In this document: positions 1 to 9,581 of the stretch, one piece after another | Layout of the letters: every line of letters starts with the position of its first letter | Position numbering within the stretch: position 1 is the stretch's first letter | NCBI GenBank assembly: GCA_054661495.1 | Contig: BAAFSQ010000180.1 | Span: 1 to 20,354, forward strand | From: Zygophlyctis sp. KS116 | Lineage: Eukaryota > Fungi > Chytridiomycota | Direction of reading: 5' to 3' | DNA length: 20,354 nt | Made by a program: the position numbers and the translations under genes | The notes under the pieces: model-generated | Seen by the model: the letters and a program-made list of their open reading frames with translations, nothing else | Databases searched by the model: none | What the model was told of the DNA's origin: nothing

Positions 1-31
<31 letters not shown>

Positions 32-77
32 TTGAGAGCTCTTTCTTGATTCTATGGGTGGTGGTGCATGGCCGTTC
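1..77 (+). rRNA. Fragment of eukaryotic 18S (SSU) rRNA, broken off at 77
   Basis: ACCAGGTCCAGACATAGTAAGGATTGACAGATTGAGAGCTCTTTCTTGATTCTATGGGTGGTGGTGCATGGCCGTTC is a highly conserved SSU segment. The expected continuation (TTAGTTGGTGGAG) is absent, so this is not an intact rDNA unit here. Confidence 0.95.
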
Positions 78-166
78 ACACTAGCGATCTGAGTTTGAAA
101 GTTTGAATTTATCCCATTCATACCATTTTGAAGTGAATTCAAGCCTTTCTGAAGATCGCTAGTGTG
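77..166. repeat. 90-nt fold-back with perfect 14-bp terminal inverted repeat
   Basis: CACACTAGCGATCT (77-90) is the exact reverse complement of AGATCGCTAGTGTG (153-166). There are inner complementary blocks GAAAG/CTTTC and TTGAATT/AATTCAA. No flanking TSD. Confidence 0.85.
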
Positions 167-204
167 GATAGAAAAGTCGATTGTGTGCGGCACGATCTTT
201 CCAA

Positions 205-1283
205 TTTGTCCGGATTTTTGCAGTATTTAGTTCAGCTAAAGAAATCACAAAGCAGCACTTACTTGCTTTTACTCCCTTACTTGATGAAACAGATTTATCA
301 GCGCATAGTCAAAGTGCATTGATTATTGATACCCTTGAATTATATGAAAAAGATATATCTAATGTTGTTGCATTATAGGGGAGAATTGCTCAACAAACAA
401 ATCAGTTGCTAATATTTTGGGAGTTCCTTTGGTTGGTTGCTCCAGTCATCGATTTAATCTAGCTGTTAACTTTTTCCTGAAGGATTTTGAAAATGTTTTG
501 GATAAGGTATATATTTAATTGACCTCATTGGGAAAGGTATCACAAATTTCCAAAAAACTAAGAACCATCAAAAATAGTGGCTTTCTAAGACAAAAGACTC
601 CATTGCGTCCCGTATTAAGGAATGACACAAGGTGGAGCAGTACTTATATGATGCTGCAAAGGTTCATGGAATTATAAGAGTTCATCGACCCTATGAATAC
701 TGAACTTGCGGATATAATGCCTTCGGCCAAAGAAATGATTGAATTAAAGAAATTGGGTGAACATATGTCAAATTTTCAATCCATTACGATGCAGTTACAA
801 AAGGAAGTGATTAACTTGCACGAAGTCAGAGTGCTATTTGATGCAACCGTTAAGGAATATCCAGTAATGGCTCGTTATTTAGCTCCAGATTCCAGCATTA
901 TCCATTCGCCTCATTTTGAAAACGGGCTGGTCAAATTGCTACTTTATGGGGATAATTGTAGCCTTTTGCGTGAAGAGAAGCATGCTTTGCAGAAACTTAA
1001 AATGGATGAAGTTACAAGAATTTCACCTCAAAAAGAATTATCGTTTGCCGAAAGAGCAATGAAGGTACTTAAAGAGTCGCCCAAAAACTATAAATCCGTA
1101 TCTTTTATTTCTCCAACCTCAAATGCTGTGGAAAGATTGTTTAGTACTGCAAAATTCGTATTTTCTGATTTAAGAAGAAGCCTATTACCACGAAATCTAG
1201 AGATGCTTCTATTTTTAAAGTCAAATAGAGATTTGTGGGATTTAGAATTAGTTTCAAAGGTAGTTAATCAAAAAAAAATATAA
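205..1283 (+). pseudogene. hAT-superfamily transposase, 5'-truncated and disrupted (element 1)
   Basis: Motifs LLAFTPLLDE, IGENCSTNKSVA, LVGCSSHRFNLAV, RNDTRWSSTYMMLQRF and PTSNAVERLFS..RRSLLPRNLEMLLFLKSNRDLW. 1-nt frameshift near 375, a 30-nt GT-AG intron at 507-536 and an in-frame TAA at 675-677. Collinear with the transposase at 1550-3274. Confidence 0.9.
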
Positions 1284-1394
1284 GAAATGAATAATTCGAA
1301 AAGTTATTGTCCATAATTATTTTTATTGCACAATTATTTATTTTCGAATTTTTGATATGGCAATAAAATAACAATATTATTTTCGGAACCCCTG
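1284..1394 (+). mobile_element. Right end and probable TIR of hAT element 1
   Basis: AT-rich subterminal repeats end in ...TTCGGAACCCCTG at 1394. The reverse complement, CAGGGGTTCCGAA, is a typical hAT terminus. The partner TIR is not in the window. Confidence 0.65.
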
Positions 1395-1404
1395 ACCTGC
1401 AGAG

Positions 1405-3418
1405 CAGTGCTTGGAATTAAATAATCTATTTTAAATATATTTTATATTTAAGTATTAAATATGTATTTTTTGGAGTTTACCAAGGTTGATAAATATATCA
1501 AGTATTTAAATAATATTTAATGTATAAGTAGGGTTAACGGTAAAAATTAATGAGAGTAGAAAGTACAAAAGTTGTTAAGAAACAGAAAGGTGAAGATATT
1601 GTCAAATATTTTTTCAAAAAAGACAATGACTCCAATTACTTTCAATGCCAATATGAGGGATGCAATACAAAAAGAAAGGCGAATCAAAGTTTCAGTAATC
1701 TCAAGGCTCATCTTAAGGAACACCATCCGAATTGGGAGAGGGATTATTCAGAGGATAAAAAGAAAGAGGGCCCTCTCAGTAAATATTTGAATCCGAAAGG
1801 TATTCTACATTTCATTTACCATCAGGTACAAATATATTCAAATGGATGGATTTGGTTATCAAATTAAATCTACCGTTCTCCTATGTTGAAGATAACACCT
1901 TTCGACAGTATTCAAATTTAACAAGAATCTGTGCAAAAACTCTGAAAGCCAGCATGCATGATGTTGCACAAAAGGTCGAAAAAATTATAAGCAATATGTT
2001 GCCCGAGAAGTTCGCCATGATTTTTGACGGATGGGATGGAGGAGATACGAAGTTTGTGGGTATCCATGCTTCATTCATGAAGCAGGATGTAAGAAAGCAA
2101 GTGTTACTTGCTTTCTCTCCAATGGATGATGAGACCTCACAAACTGCTGAAGAGCATGTAAAATTCATAAACTCTACATTGCTATTTTATGGAAAGTCTT
2201 TAGTAAATGTTGCCTGTTTCATTGGAGATAATTGCTCGACAAATAAAAAAATAGCAAGGCTGTGTGAAAGGCCTTTAGTTGGATGTTTTGCTCATATATT
2301 AAATCTGGCAGTTAAGAAGTATGTTTTCAATTCTGGAAGTGAATACGCATATTTAGTGCAAAGAGTTACAGATTTAATGGAAGTACTAAAAACTCAAAAA
2401 GGCGCTGCTGTTTTACGAAGCACAAATTGTAAAATCAAGGCTATAAGACTAAATGACACTCGATGGACGAGTGGTTTTCGCATGCTGGAAAGATGTGTAA
2501 AATTGTTGCCTTATTTAGATAAAATTCCGCGTGATAAACAACATATTATATGTAGGAGATAGGTAATTTAATAGCATATAATTGGAAAATAGGTTTCTCA
2601 ATGCTTGCGAAGCTAATGATATTAAAGAATTAACAACGGAGTTATCGGGTGTCCACTCAGTCATGCTCAAGCTTCAAGCTGAGAATCTAAAATTGAGTGC
2701 AGCTCGAAAATATTTTGATGTTTTGCTAGATTCATTTCCTCAGTTTAGACAATACTTGACAGCAGATTCTTCTACAATTCATAAACCGGACTTTACCACT
2801 GCAATAGTTAAAATTCAATCTAGAGAGGAAATGCATTTAAATGCCGAGGAAAAAAAAAGTGTGGAGTTACTTCTTAAGGGAGTTGCCGATAACAGACGTT
2901 GTTCATCTGCTAGCTCTTCCTCATCTGGGTCATTGAGTGAAAGATTAGCTGCAGCTGACAAGGAAATGGAAATTCATACTCATGTGTCTTCTTATATCAA
3001 TTTGGATTTCATCGTTCCAACGTCTAATTGTGTTCAACGACTATTTTCTCAGGCGAAACGTGTGTTTAGACCTAGCAGACAAAGCTTGCTTCCTTATAAC
3101 TTTGAAGCTATAATGTTTTTAAAGGCAAATAGGGGGCTATGGGATATTGATGTGGTCTGCGACGCATTGGTCGAAGCTGAAACTGCAAATGAAGCAAATG
3201 AATTGCAATCTGAGAATCATTTTGGTGGCTTTGAGCCCATAGGATACTCTTTTGATGATTCTGATGATGATTGAAAAAAATACTTTTGAAGATATTATTT
3301 AAAATATTAGTGCAAAAAAGTATTAAATATATATTTTTAAGAGTTGGAGGAGGAAAATAGATATTCTTAACTATTTAAATATTTAAATAAATACTAAATA
3401 GTATTTTTCCAAGCACTG
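1405..3418 (+). mobile_element. Full-length hAT DNA transposon (element 2), 2014 bp
   Basis: 12-bp perfect TIRs CAGTGCTTGGAA (1405-1416) and TTCCAAGCACTG (3407-3418). Perfect 8-bp TSD CTGCAGAG at 1397-1404 and 3419-3426. TATT(T)AAAT subterminal repeats at both ends and an internal transposase. Confidence 0.97.
1550..3274 (+). CDS. hAT transposase with N-terminal BED zinc finger (spliced, about 547 aa; catalytic Glu replaced by Gln)
   Basis: BED finger CQYEGC..SNLKAHLKEHH, then IFDGW, IGDNCSTN, CFAHILNLAV, NDTRW and PTSNCVQRLFS. A 26-nt intron at 1800-1825 joins ORFs 1550 and 1846 in frame. The join near 2531-2592 needs either two introns (2531-2555, 2563-2592) around a 7-nt exon, or one intron plus a frameshift. 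Confidence 0.9.
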
Positions 3419-3520
3419 CTGCAGAGAGAGCATTTTCATCAGGCGTTGATTTAGTCACTCCCGACAGGTGTAGAATGAGTGGGAAAACCATCGAAATGAC
3501 TCAGTTTTTAAAATTCAATA

Positions 3521-3568
3521 TAACTGATTGATTATGATTAACAGTGATTGAGTATGATTATGATTATG
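3521..3568. repeat. Short degenerate TGATTA/TGATTG tandem repeat
   Basis: taactgattgattatgattaacagtgattgagtatgattatgattatg. Confidence 0.5.
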
Positions 3569-4039
3569 TACCTCCTTAATCATCCTAATCTTTTAGAGAT
3601 TGTGGGACTTGTTCAAAAATAATGGATCGAAAAAAGACAATTCGACACTAAACAGTGATCTATTTCTGTCTGTCATATCAGACTAGTGGAATCAAAAATC
3701 TTTTCTCTCAATAAGTGGAGCATTTATGGAATACTTTAAAATGTCTCAAAGACCTCTGCCATCGGATAATTAAATCTTAATCAAAGGATTCTGGAACATA
3801 CATTAAAAGTTGATTTTTAGATATTGAAAAAAAAATTGAAACAGATAAACGTTTTAGTTATTGATTAAACACCCTTTGGAAAGCAAATATTTGTTGTGCG
3901 CGACAACTAGTCATTAGTTATCTTTAGATGCTCTAGAATTGATAGAAATAAATGATCATTTGAAATATTGAGATTGTCGCTTTTGAAAGAGACATAACAT
4001 TCAAGAGATTTTCTAAAATTCCTAAACTTTTGTCGTAAA

Positions 4040-4917
4040 ATGTTGACTGGATCAGCGAGTGCAGATGAGTCCATTGCTGGATTCATGGCTGGAGCATCAG
4101 CGACAATGATTCTTCATCCAATGGATTTAGTAAAAGTTCGACTGCAGTTATCAAAATCATCTTTAAATAGCATTTTTACCAATCTTAAAGGATCAGGAAT
4201 TAGAGCTTATTATAGAAGTGTGTCTCCTAATTTAGCAGGATCGACTCTTTCCTGGGGAATATATTTTGGATTATACTCAAAAGTAAAGGAATTATTAGGC
4301 ACTCCAGGCTCATCTTGGACGCATTTAACGGCGTCGATTATTTCAGGATCAATGACAATTCTATTAATTAATCCAATTTGGGTTATTAAAACTAGAATGT
4401 TGAATCAAAATGCAAATGATCCAAAGGCATACAAAAGTTTGATTGATGGTTTAAAGCAATTATGGGTAAAGGAAGGGATTTTTGGTTATTACAAGGGAAT
4501 AATTCCAGGACTCTTTGGGACTTTACATGGTGCAGTTCAATTTGTAATTTATGAAAGACTTAAATCTTATCGTCAATCATCACTTGATTCTAATCATTTA
4601 GAAACAATAGATGTATTATTGGCAAGTTCTACTTCAAAAGTTTTAGCAACTATAATTACTTATGTAATTTTACTAGTTTTAACAATTAGCCATATCAAGT
4701 AGTTAGATCACGTCTTCAAATTCAGACATCAGTCTCTGAATATAATGGAGTTCAAAGAGTTTTAAGTGAATGCATCAGGTAGATATATTTTCTAAAATAT
4801 AGAAAACCATCATTATTTTATAGAGGTCTTGGTGTTAACTGTATTCGGGTGCTACCAGGGACTATGATCACATTTGGAGTTTATGAAGCATTGGTTAAAG
4901 TGTTTAAAGAATTATAA
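4040..4917 (+). CDS. FLX1: Mitochondrial FAD/folate carrier (FLX1/SLC25A32-like), 275 aa
   Basis: Three carrier signatures: HPMDLVKVRLQ, NPIWVIKTRM and TYPYQVVRSRLQ (after splicing). The PIWVIKTR and HGAVQFVIYE motifs are typical of the FAD/folate/NAD subfamily. Introns 4664-4689 (26 nt) and 4779-4802 (24 nt); stop TAA 4915-4917. Confidence 0.85.
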
Positions 4918-5001
4918 TTAAAAGAATACTCTTGTAATCAATAAAACAGTAAAATCATTCAATCTTTGCGCATAAGCGGTAAAGCCTCGATTACTTGAGA
5001 A

Positions 5002-6578
5002 ATGACGGCGTTTACGATACAAGACTTGGGAGAACCATTGCCAAACGATGATCATGGTATTTTATTTTATAGATAATAATAGCGGTTTCGGTCTCTTTAC
5101 CAACTTGGAAATCAATTGTTGGGTATGAATTGGGAGACACGACGATCATTAGTAAACTGAAAATGGGTTATCCGAGATTTCTGTTTCACCCAAAAGTAAT
5201 TCAACTTTTTCAACTGGTCCGGAAGCCTCAGGGATACACTGATTGTCTCTTATTTCTTCATAAACAGTCTGCGATTGAATGTATGGATTTCATCAAAATA
5301 CACTCAGACAATGTTAAAAGTCAAGTTGTGCGGATGAATTCATTTGGATTTTATGGTGTTTTCTTTAATGAAGATCTAAAAAATATTGCTAAAGAGTTTT
5401 GGCAGCATACAGGGATGGGTATTTCTTCTAGATTTGCAGAAGCAATCGTATCAGGCAAGGATCTGAAAAGTCTTACACAAAACGGCATATCAGTTAAACA
5501 AGCTATAAAGGAGAGAATTTCTTCTTATTTGGATAGTAATCATGTGTATCTTTTTCCTTCAGGTATGAATTTTATTGGATAATTTGAAAGGAATGGGCGC
5601 AATCTATCAGGCGCTAAAATTAGTTTGGAAATTATGTCCAGATTTGAAGACGGCACAATTCGGTTTTCCTTATGTTGATAGTCTGAAACTGCAAGAGAAA
5701 TTTGGTTTTGGGTGTGAATTCTTTGGAGTCGGTGATAATAATGATTTGGAAAGGTTAAAAAGGCTTTTATTTGATGGAGATCGGATATCTGCAATATTAT
5801 GCGAGTTTCCTTCTAATCCACTTCTGTCTAGTGTTGATCTGGAGTGTTTAAGAGAATTGGCGGATCATTTTAACTTTATTATAATTATTGATGATACATT
5901 GGGAGGTTTCATAAATGTTGATCTGTTAAAGTTTGCTGATATAATTGTTTCAAGTTTAACAAAGTCATTTAGTGGAACTGGAAATGTTATGGCAGGAAGT
6001 CTGGTTCTTAATCCAAATTCTGGATATTTTCAAGATTTCTGCAATCATTTAGAGGAAACTTATGATGATTCGTTTTGGTGTGAAGATGCAGTGGTTCTCG
6101 AATCAAACTCTTTGGATTATCAGGAAAGAGTATTGTTTACGAATAGAGCTGCGGAGAAGATTGTAGATTCTTTGGTTAATCATTCAAAAGGTATTCTAGT
6201 TATAATTGAAACCAGTCAAAAAGATTTACTTTCCTAAATATACCGATCGGGAAGTATACACGAAATACGCAAGAAATAAGGATAGTACTGGATATGGAAG
6301 TCTTTTCTCACTGGTTTTTTACTCTGAAGATGATGCAGCCAATTTTTATGACAGAATGAGGATCCATAAAGGGCCTTCACTCGGAAATAATTTTTCAATT
6401 ATTTGTCCATATACGCTCCTGGCTCATTTCAACGAATTAGATCGTGTCTCTGAATTTGGTAATTAAAAGAGAATTCTTAAAAATAGGAGTTGAGAAAAAT
6501 CTTATAAGGTTCAGCATTGGATTGGAAGATCCTCAAAAAACGATCCAAAATTTGAAAATGGTTTTGGATGCTCTATGA
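5002..6578 (+). CDS. STR2: Cystathionine gamma-synthase (fungal Str2/Met-7 type, PLP-dependent), 489 aa
   Basis: Spliced N-terminus LGEPLPNDDHAVSVSLPTW, then GYPRFLFHP, LFPSGMGAI, FGFPYVDSLK, CEFPSNPLL, PLP-lysine SSLTKSFSG, KGPSLG and LIRFSIGLED. Introns 5057-5082, 5563-5590, 6191-6215 and 6459-6486 (25-28 nt) give one open frame. Confidence 0.93.
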
Positions 6579-6619
6579 TGGCGATGGCGCTTGTTTTTAT
6601 TTTCACAAGTATAAATTGA

Positions 6620-8795
6620 TTAACTCCCTTTGAAAAAATTTAACCTTTTAGCTCTTTCAGCCTCCTTTTCCTCATTCAGGATCATAACAGATCTGCTTTT
6701 CCTCAATTCTCCTGCCGAATCGGACAATCCTAAGCTTTCCATGCTACTTTCACATTCACTTTGTTCTTGCTCACTCGATATGTTCCTTTGAAAGTTTGGC
6801 TCTGATGATATCTTATGTACTCGCTTTTTGCGAAGTCTGCGAGGTATTTCTACATCTGAATCTTCAGGAGCATGGGTAGATATTTTAAGACCCATTACAT
6901 CCAAAATTCGGGAGTTTGATTTTCTTATTTTCTTTGGAGGAGTTTGTCCTAGGCTCTTTTGATCATCTTCATCTGAACAAAGTTGCTTATCCGGTTTCAG
7001 TCCCAGCCGATCAACTAGATCTAAGCCCAGAGTTTTTGTCTCTTCTATTACACGATCACGGCATGGCTTTGAAGCATCGTTTAAGTAATTAACAGTAGGA
7101 CCCAGGTATAAGTCCATATGAGATGCAATTGTATTCACTACTGATTTTGTGGCATCATCGATTCGATAATCTCTAACAAACTTTCCCACTTTATAGGCAG
7201 CTTCTCCAATATAATTTAAATATACATCATCATGGATATCCATCTCTTCAGGAAAGTCGTCTGCCGTCGAGACTAAGTTTTTTAATTCTTCCCCTTCATC
7301 TACCAATTCGCTACTACCACTTTCACTGCCTAGTTCTTCTTCTAAAACTTCATCATCACTAGAATCAAATTCTTCTTCCAAGCCATCATGAAACGGCCAA
7401 AAAACAATACTATCCATATTCGGTAGAATTACAAATTCTTCTAGAGCATGCTTAATTCGTGCTTCTATGACTTGATTGACAAGTTCAATTTTAACAAGCT
7501 TATCTGATATGATGGGCTCAAGATTCAGTTCAAGCTTCAACTCTGGATGCCGATAAAATCCAAACCAAATACGATTTGTTTCCCATAAAGGCTTAACCTT
7601 GAGAAGCATTCGTGCAGAAAAAGATGTAATAGACACTCTTACAACAATAGGAACATTTATCGGACGCAAATAATCTGTCCATGCTGTAACTGATATTGAT
7701 GCAGCTGTTGCAGCTTCTAATGAGATCCCTAGTTTCAACAAATAAAAACCAACCTCCGGTATAATCCAAATCCAACTCAATTTCCATATCTCCTTCATTT
7801 GAAATAGCCAATAAATGCGGATTAGAAATTATCGGTAAAGAATTCCCAACGTCCAAATCTTTGATGATAATATCTCCTAAAAAAGAAGTGGAGGTTCTAT
7901 GAACATGAGCCATTCGTTTGGTAATATTTTCCATAATCCATAATTTAATCCTGGGATTGGAATGAATACTAATGAATGCACGTCCAAGCAGTGCATTCAG
8001 CCAAACAGGGGAATCAGAATCTAAATCTTTCAAAGTTTCTTGCAACTTTTGCATCCCACTCTCATAAGCTCTAACAGGTTCCAAGTCTCTATAAAACTCC
8101 ATGACTTTATCTTGATTAAACCCATTTGGTAATTTTCTACACCGTGCCAATTTACAAAACCAATCTTCTTTTTCTGATGATGTTGGACAATACAGATATA
8201 TTTTTGAAGATGGAGATTTTAAAAGTATAGGATCATAATGATAATCAGAGTCACCTACAAGCTTAATCTTTGCATCGGGCATATTTATCGATAGCAATAT
8301 CTGCTCCTGATTAGTGGAAGAATAGAGTGTCAGGCTTTGGTGTTTAAGTGTTGCGTACACATTTCTCCAGTTTTTGGCAGGGTTTGGAGTATGTTTCTGG
8401 CTAGGAACAAGTCCATGAAACCTATCAACGATGTAATTCTTGACCTGAATTGCAGAATCCATCTGTGATAGTGGTCTAGTAGATTGTCCTAAATGATTGG
8501 GACAATCAAATGGCTCATTAAACAGATCCTTTTCTTTAATGATTGATTTTGAGATTCTTATCCATCCACTCTTTTCTAGCTGTCCAGAATTTACTTGTTG
8601 AGGTGAAAAACTGATCCGATAAGGAAACAAATGCCTCGGAAGCCATTTAATAACTTCAATTATAAATACAGATAGAATGATTAGAGTGAATATCATTCCC
8701 ATCAAGAATGAGAGCAATCCGATACCAAGATCAGTTCTCAACAACTGCCAGATCACTTGTCCGGTAATGATCCCTACTGATATAATGAATATCAT
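6620..8795 (-). CDS. TM-PH-SMP lipid-transfer/contact-site protein (Nvj2/TEX2-like), 716 aa
   Basis: N-terminal hydrophobic segments, a PH-like domain (WRNVYATLKHQSLTLY..SEKEDWF) and an SMP domain (WLNALLGRAF..FLGDIIIKDLDVGNSLP..NRIWFGFY..VILPNMDSI). One 25-nt intron at 7729-7753 joins the two track ORFs; ATG at 8795. Confidence 0.88.
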
Positions 8796-8960
8796 CGACA
8801 AACTTATTATAGGTCAAGCGCTTTATTAGGGGAAGTAGTAGCTTATTCACTATGTCTAATATACTATACTATATCTTTAATTTAGAACATTATCCAGATT
8901 CTTTCAAAAAGGCATAGCAATATAATTTATAAGTCTGAGACTGAAATTTTATCCATTAAA

Positions 8961-9520
8961 TCAAGACATCATTACTTTGCAAAAATCCTTAAATCCAACC
9001 TTTTCTTTAATTTTCCAAATAATACCTTTCCATCAAAGTCATCATCTCCATATTCAAGCATTTCATAGATCTGATCTGCCGGTAAACTTTCTTCAATATC
9101 TTCCAAAACCTTGAAAAGATCGGACGCGGATATAAATCCGTTATTATCTACATCCAGGGCATCAAAAGCTTCTTGAAGATACATTTCATTATCTTTGCCC
9201 CCTTGATTCTTAATGATTGTAACCATCTTTAAAAATTCATTTAATGAAACCTCACTCTTGTCAGATCCAGTAACTGATTGCATCATGGTTTTGAGTCCGG
9301 CTTCGGAAGTGGTCATTCCAATTGAGCTAACAGCTTCCTGCAATTCTTTTAAATCTATTGCTCCGGATTGATCTGTATCAAACATTGCAAACACCTCTGA
9401 GTAGTATGTTAGATCTTCGGTAGAGAGATTACAAGCGTCTTGGGATCCATTCACTGCAGATAAAGCTGATTCTATTTTTAGAGATCTAGTTGCTGATATA
9501 GTACCATCACTTCTATTCAT
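8961..9520 (-). CDS. Calmodulin/centrin-like four-EF-hand protein, 177 aa
   Basis: EF loops DTDQSGAIDLKE, (degenerate) TGSDKSEVSLNE, DVDNNGFISASD and DDDFDGKVGFKD. The last loop is completed by removing intron 9000-9025 (26 nt); stop TGA at 8961-8963. Confidence 0.9.
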
Positions 9521-9581
9521 TGGAAAGAAACCGGAAATTTACAACGGATCAATTGTCCGAAACTAGAATCTTATTGTCGAA

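Noticed and set aside
1-77. Functional rDNA unit or an rRNA intron insertion site
   Set aside because: 18S sequence never resumes in the window and no group I core or splice signals are evident.
79-164. CACTA (EnSpm) transposon
   Set aside because: Ends read CACTA..TAGTG but there is no 3-bp TSD and the inverted repeat extends 2 bp beyond CACTA; retained only as an unassigned fold-back.
675-677. In-frame TAA in transposase 1 as evidence for TAA/TAG=Gln recoding (as in some aphelids)
   Set aside because: Intact genes have long exons free of in-frame TAA/TAG and several end in TAA or TAG; this element also has a frameshift, so it is simply decayed.
3427-4039. Hidden gene or ncRNA in the longest intergenic stretch
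   Set aside because: No convincing spliced frame, tRNA fold or strong hairpin found by eye; it cannot be fully excluded given the micro-introns.
7340-7385. FFAT-like motif in the acidic tract of the SMP protein (EEEFDSSDDE)
   Set aside because: Poor fit to the EFFDAxE core; indistinguishable from a generic acidic linker.
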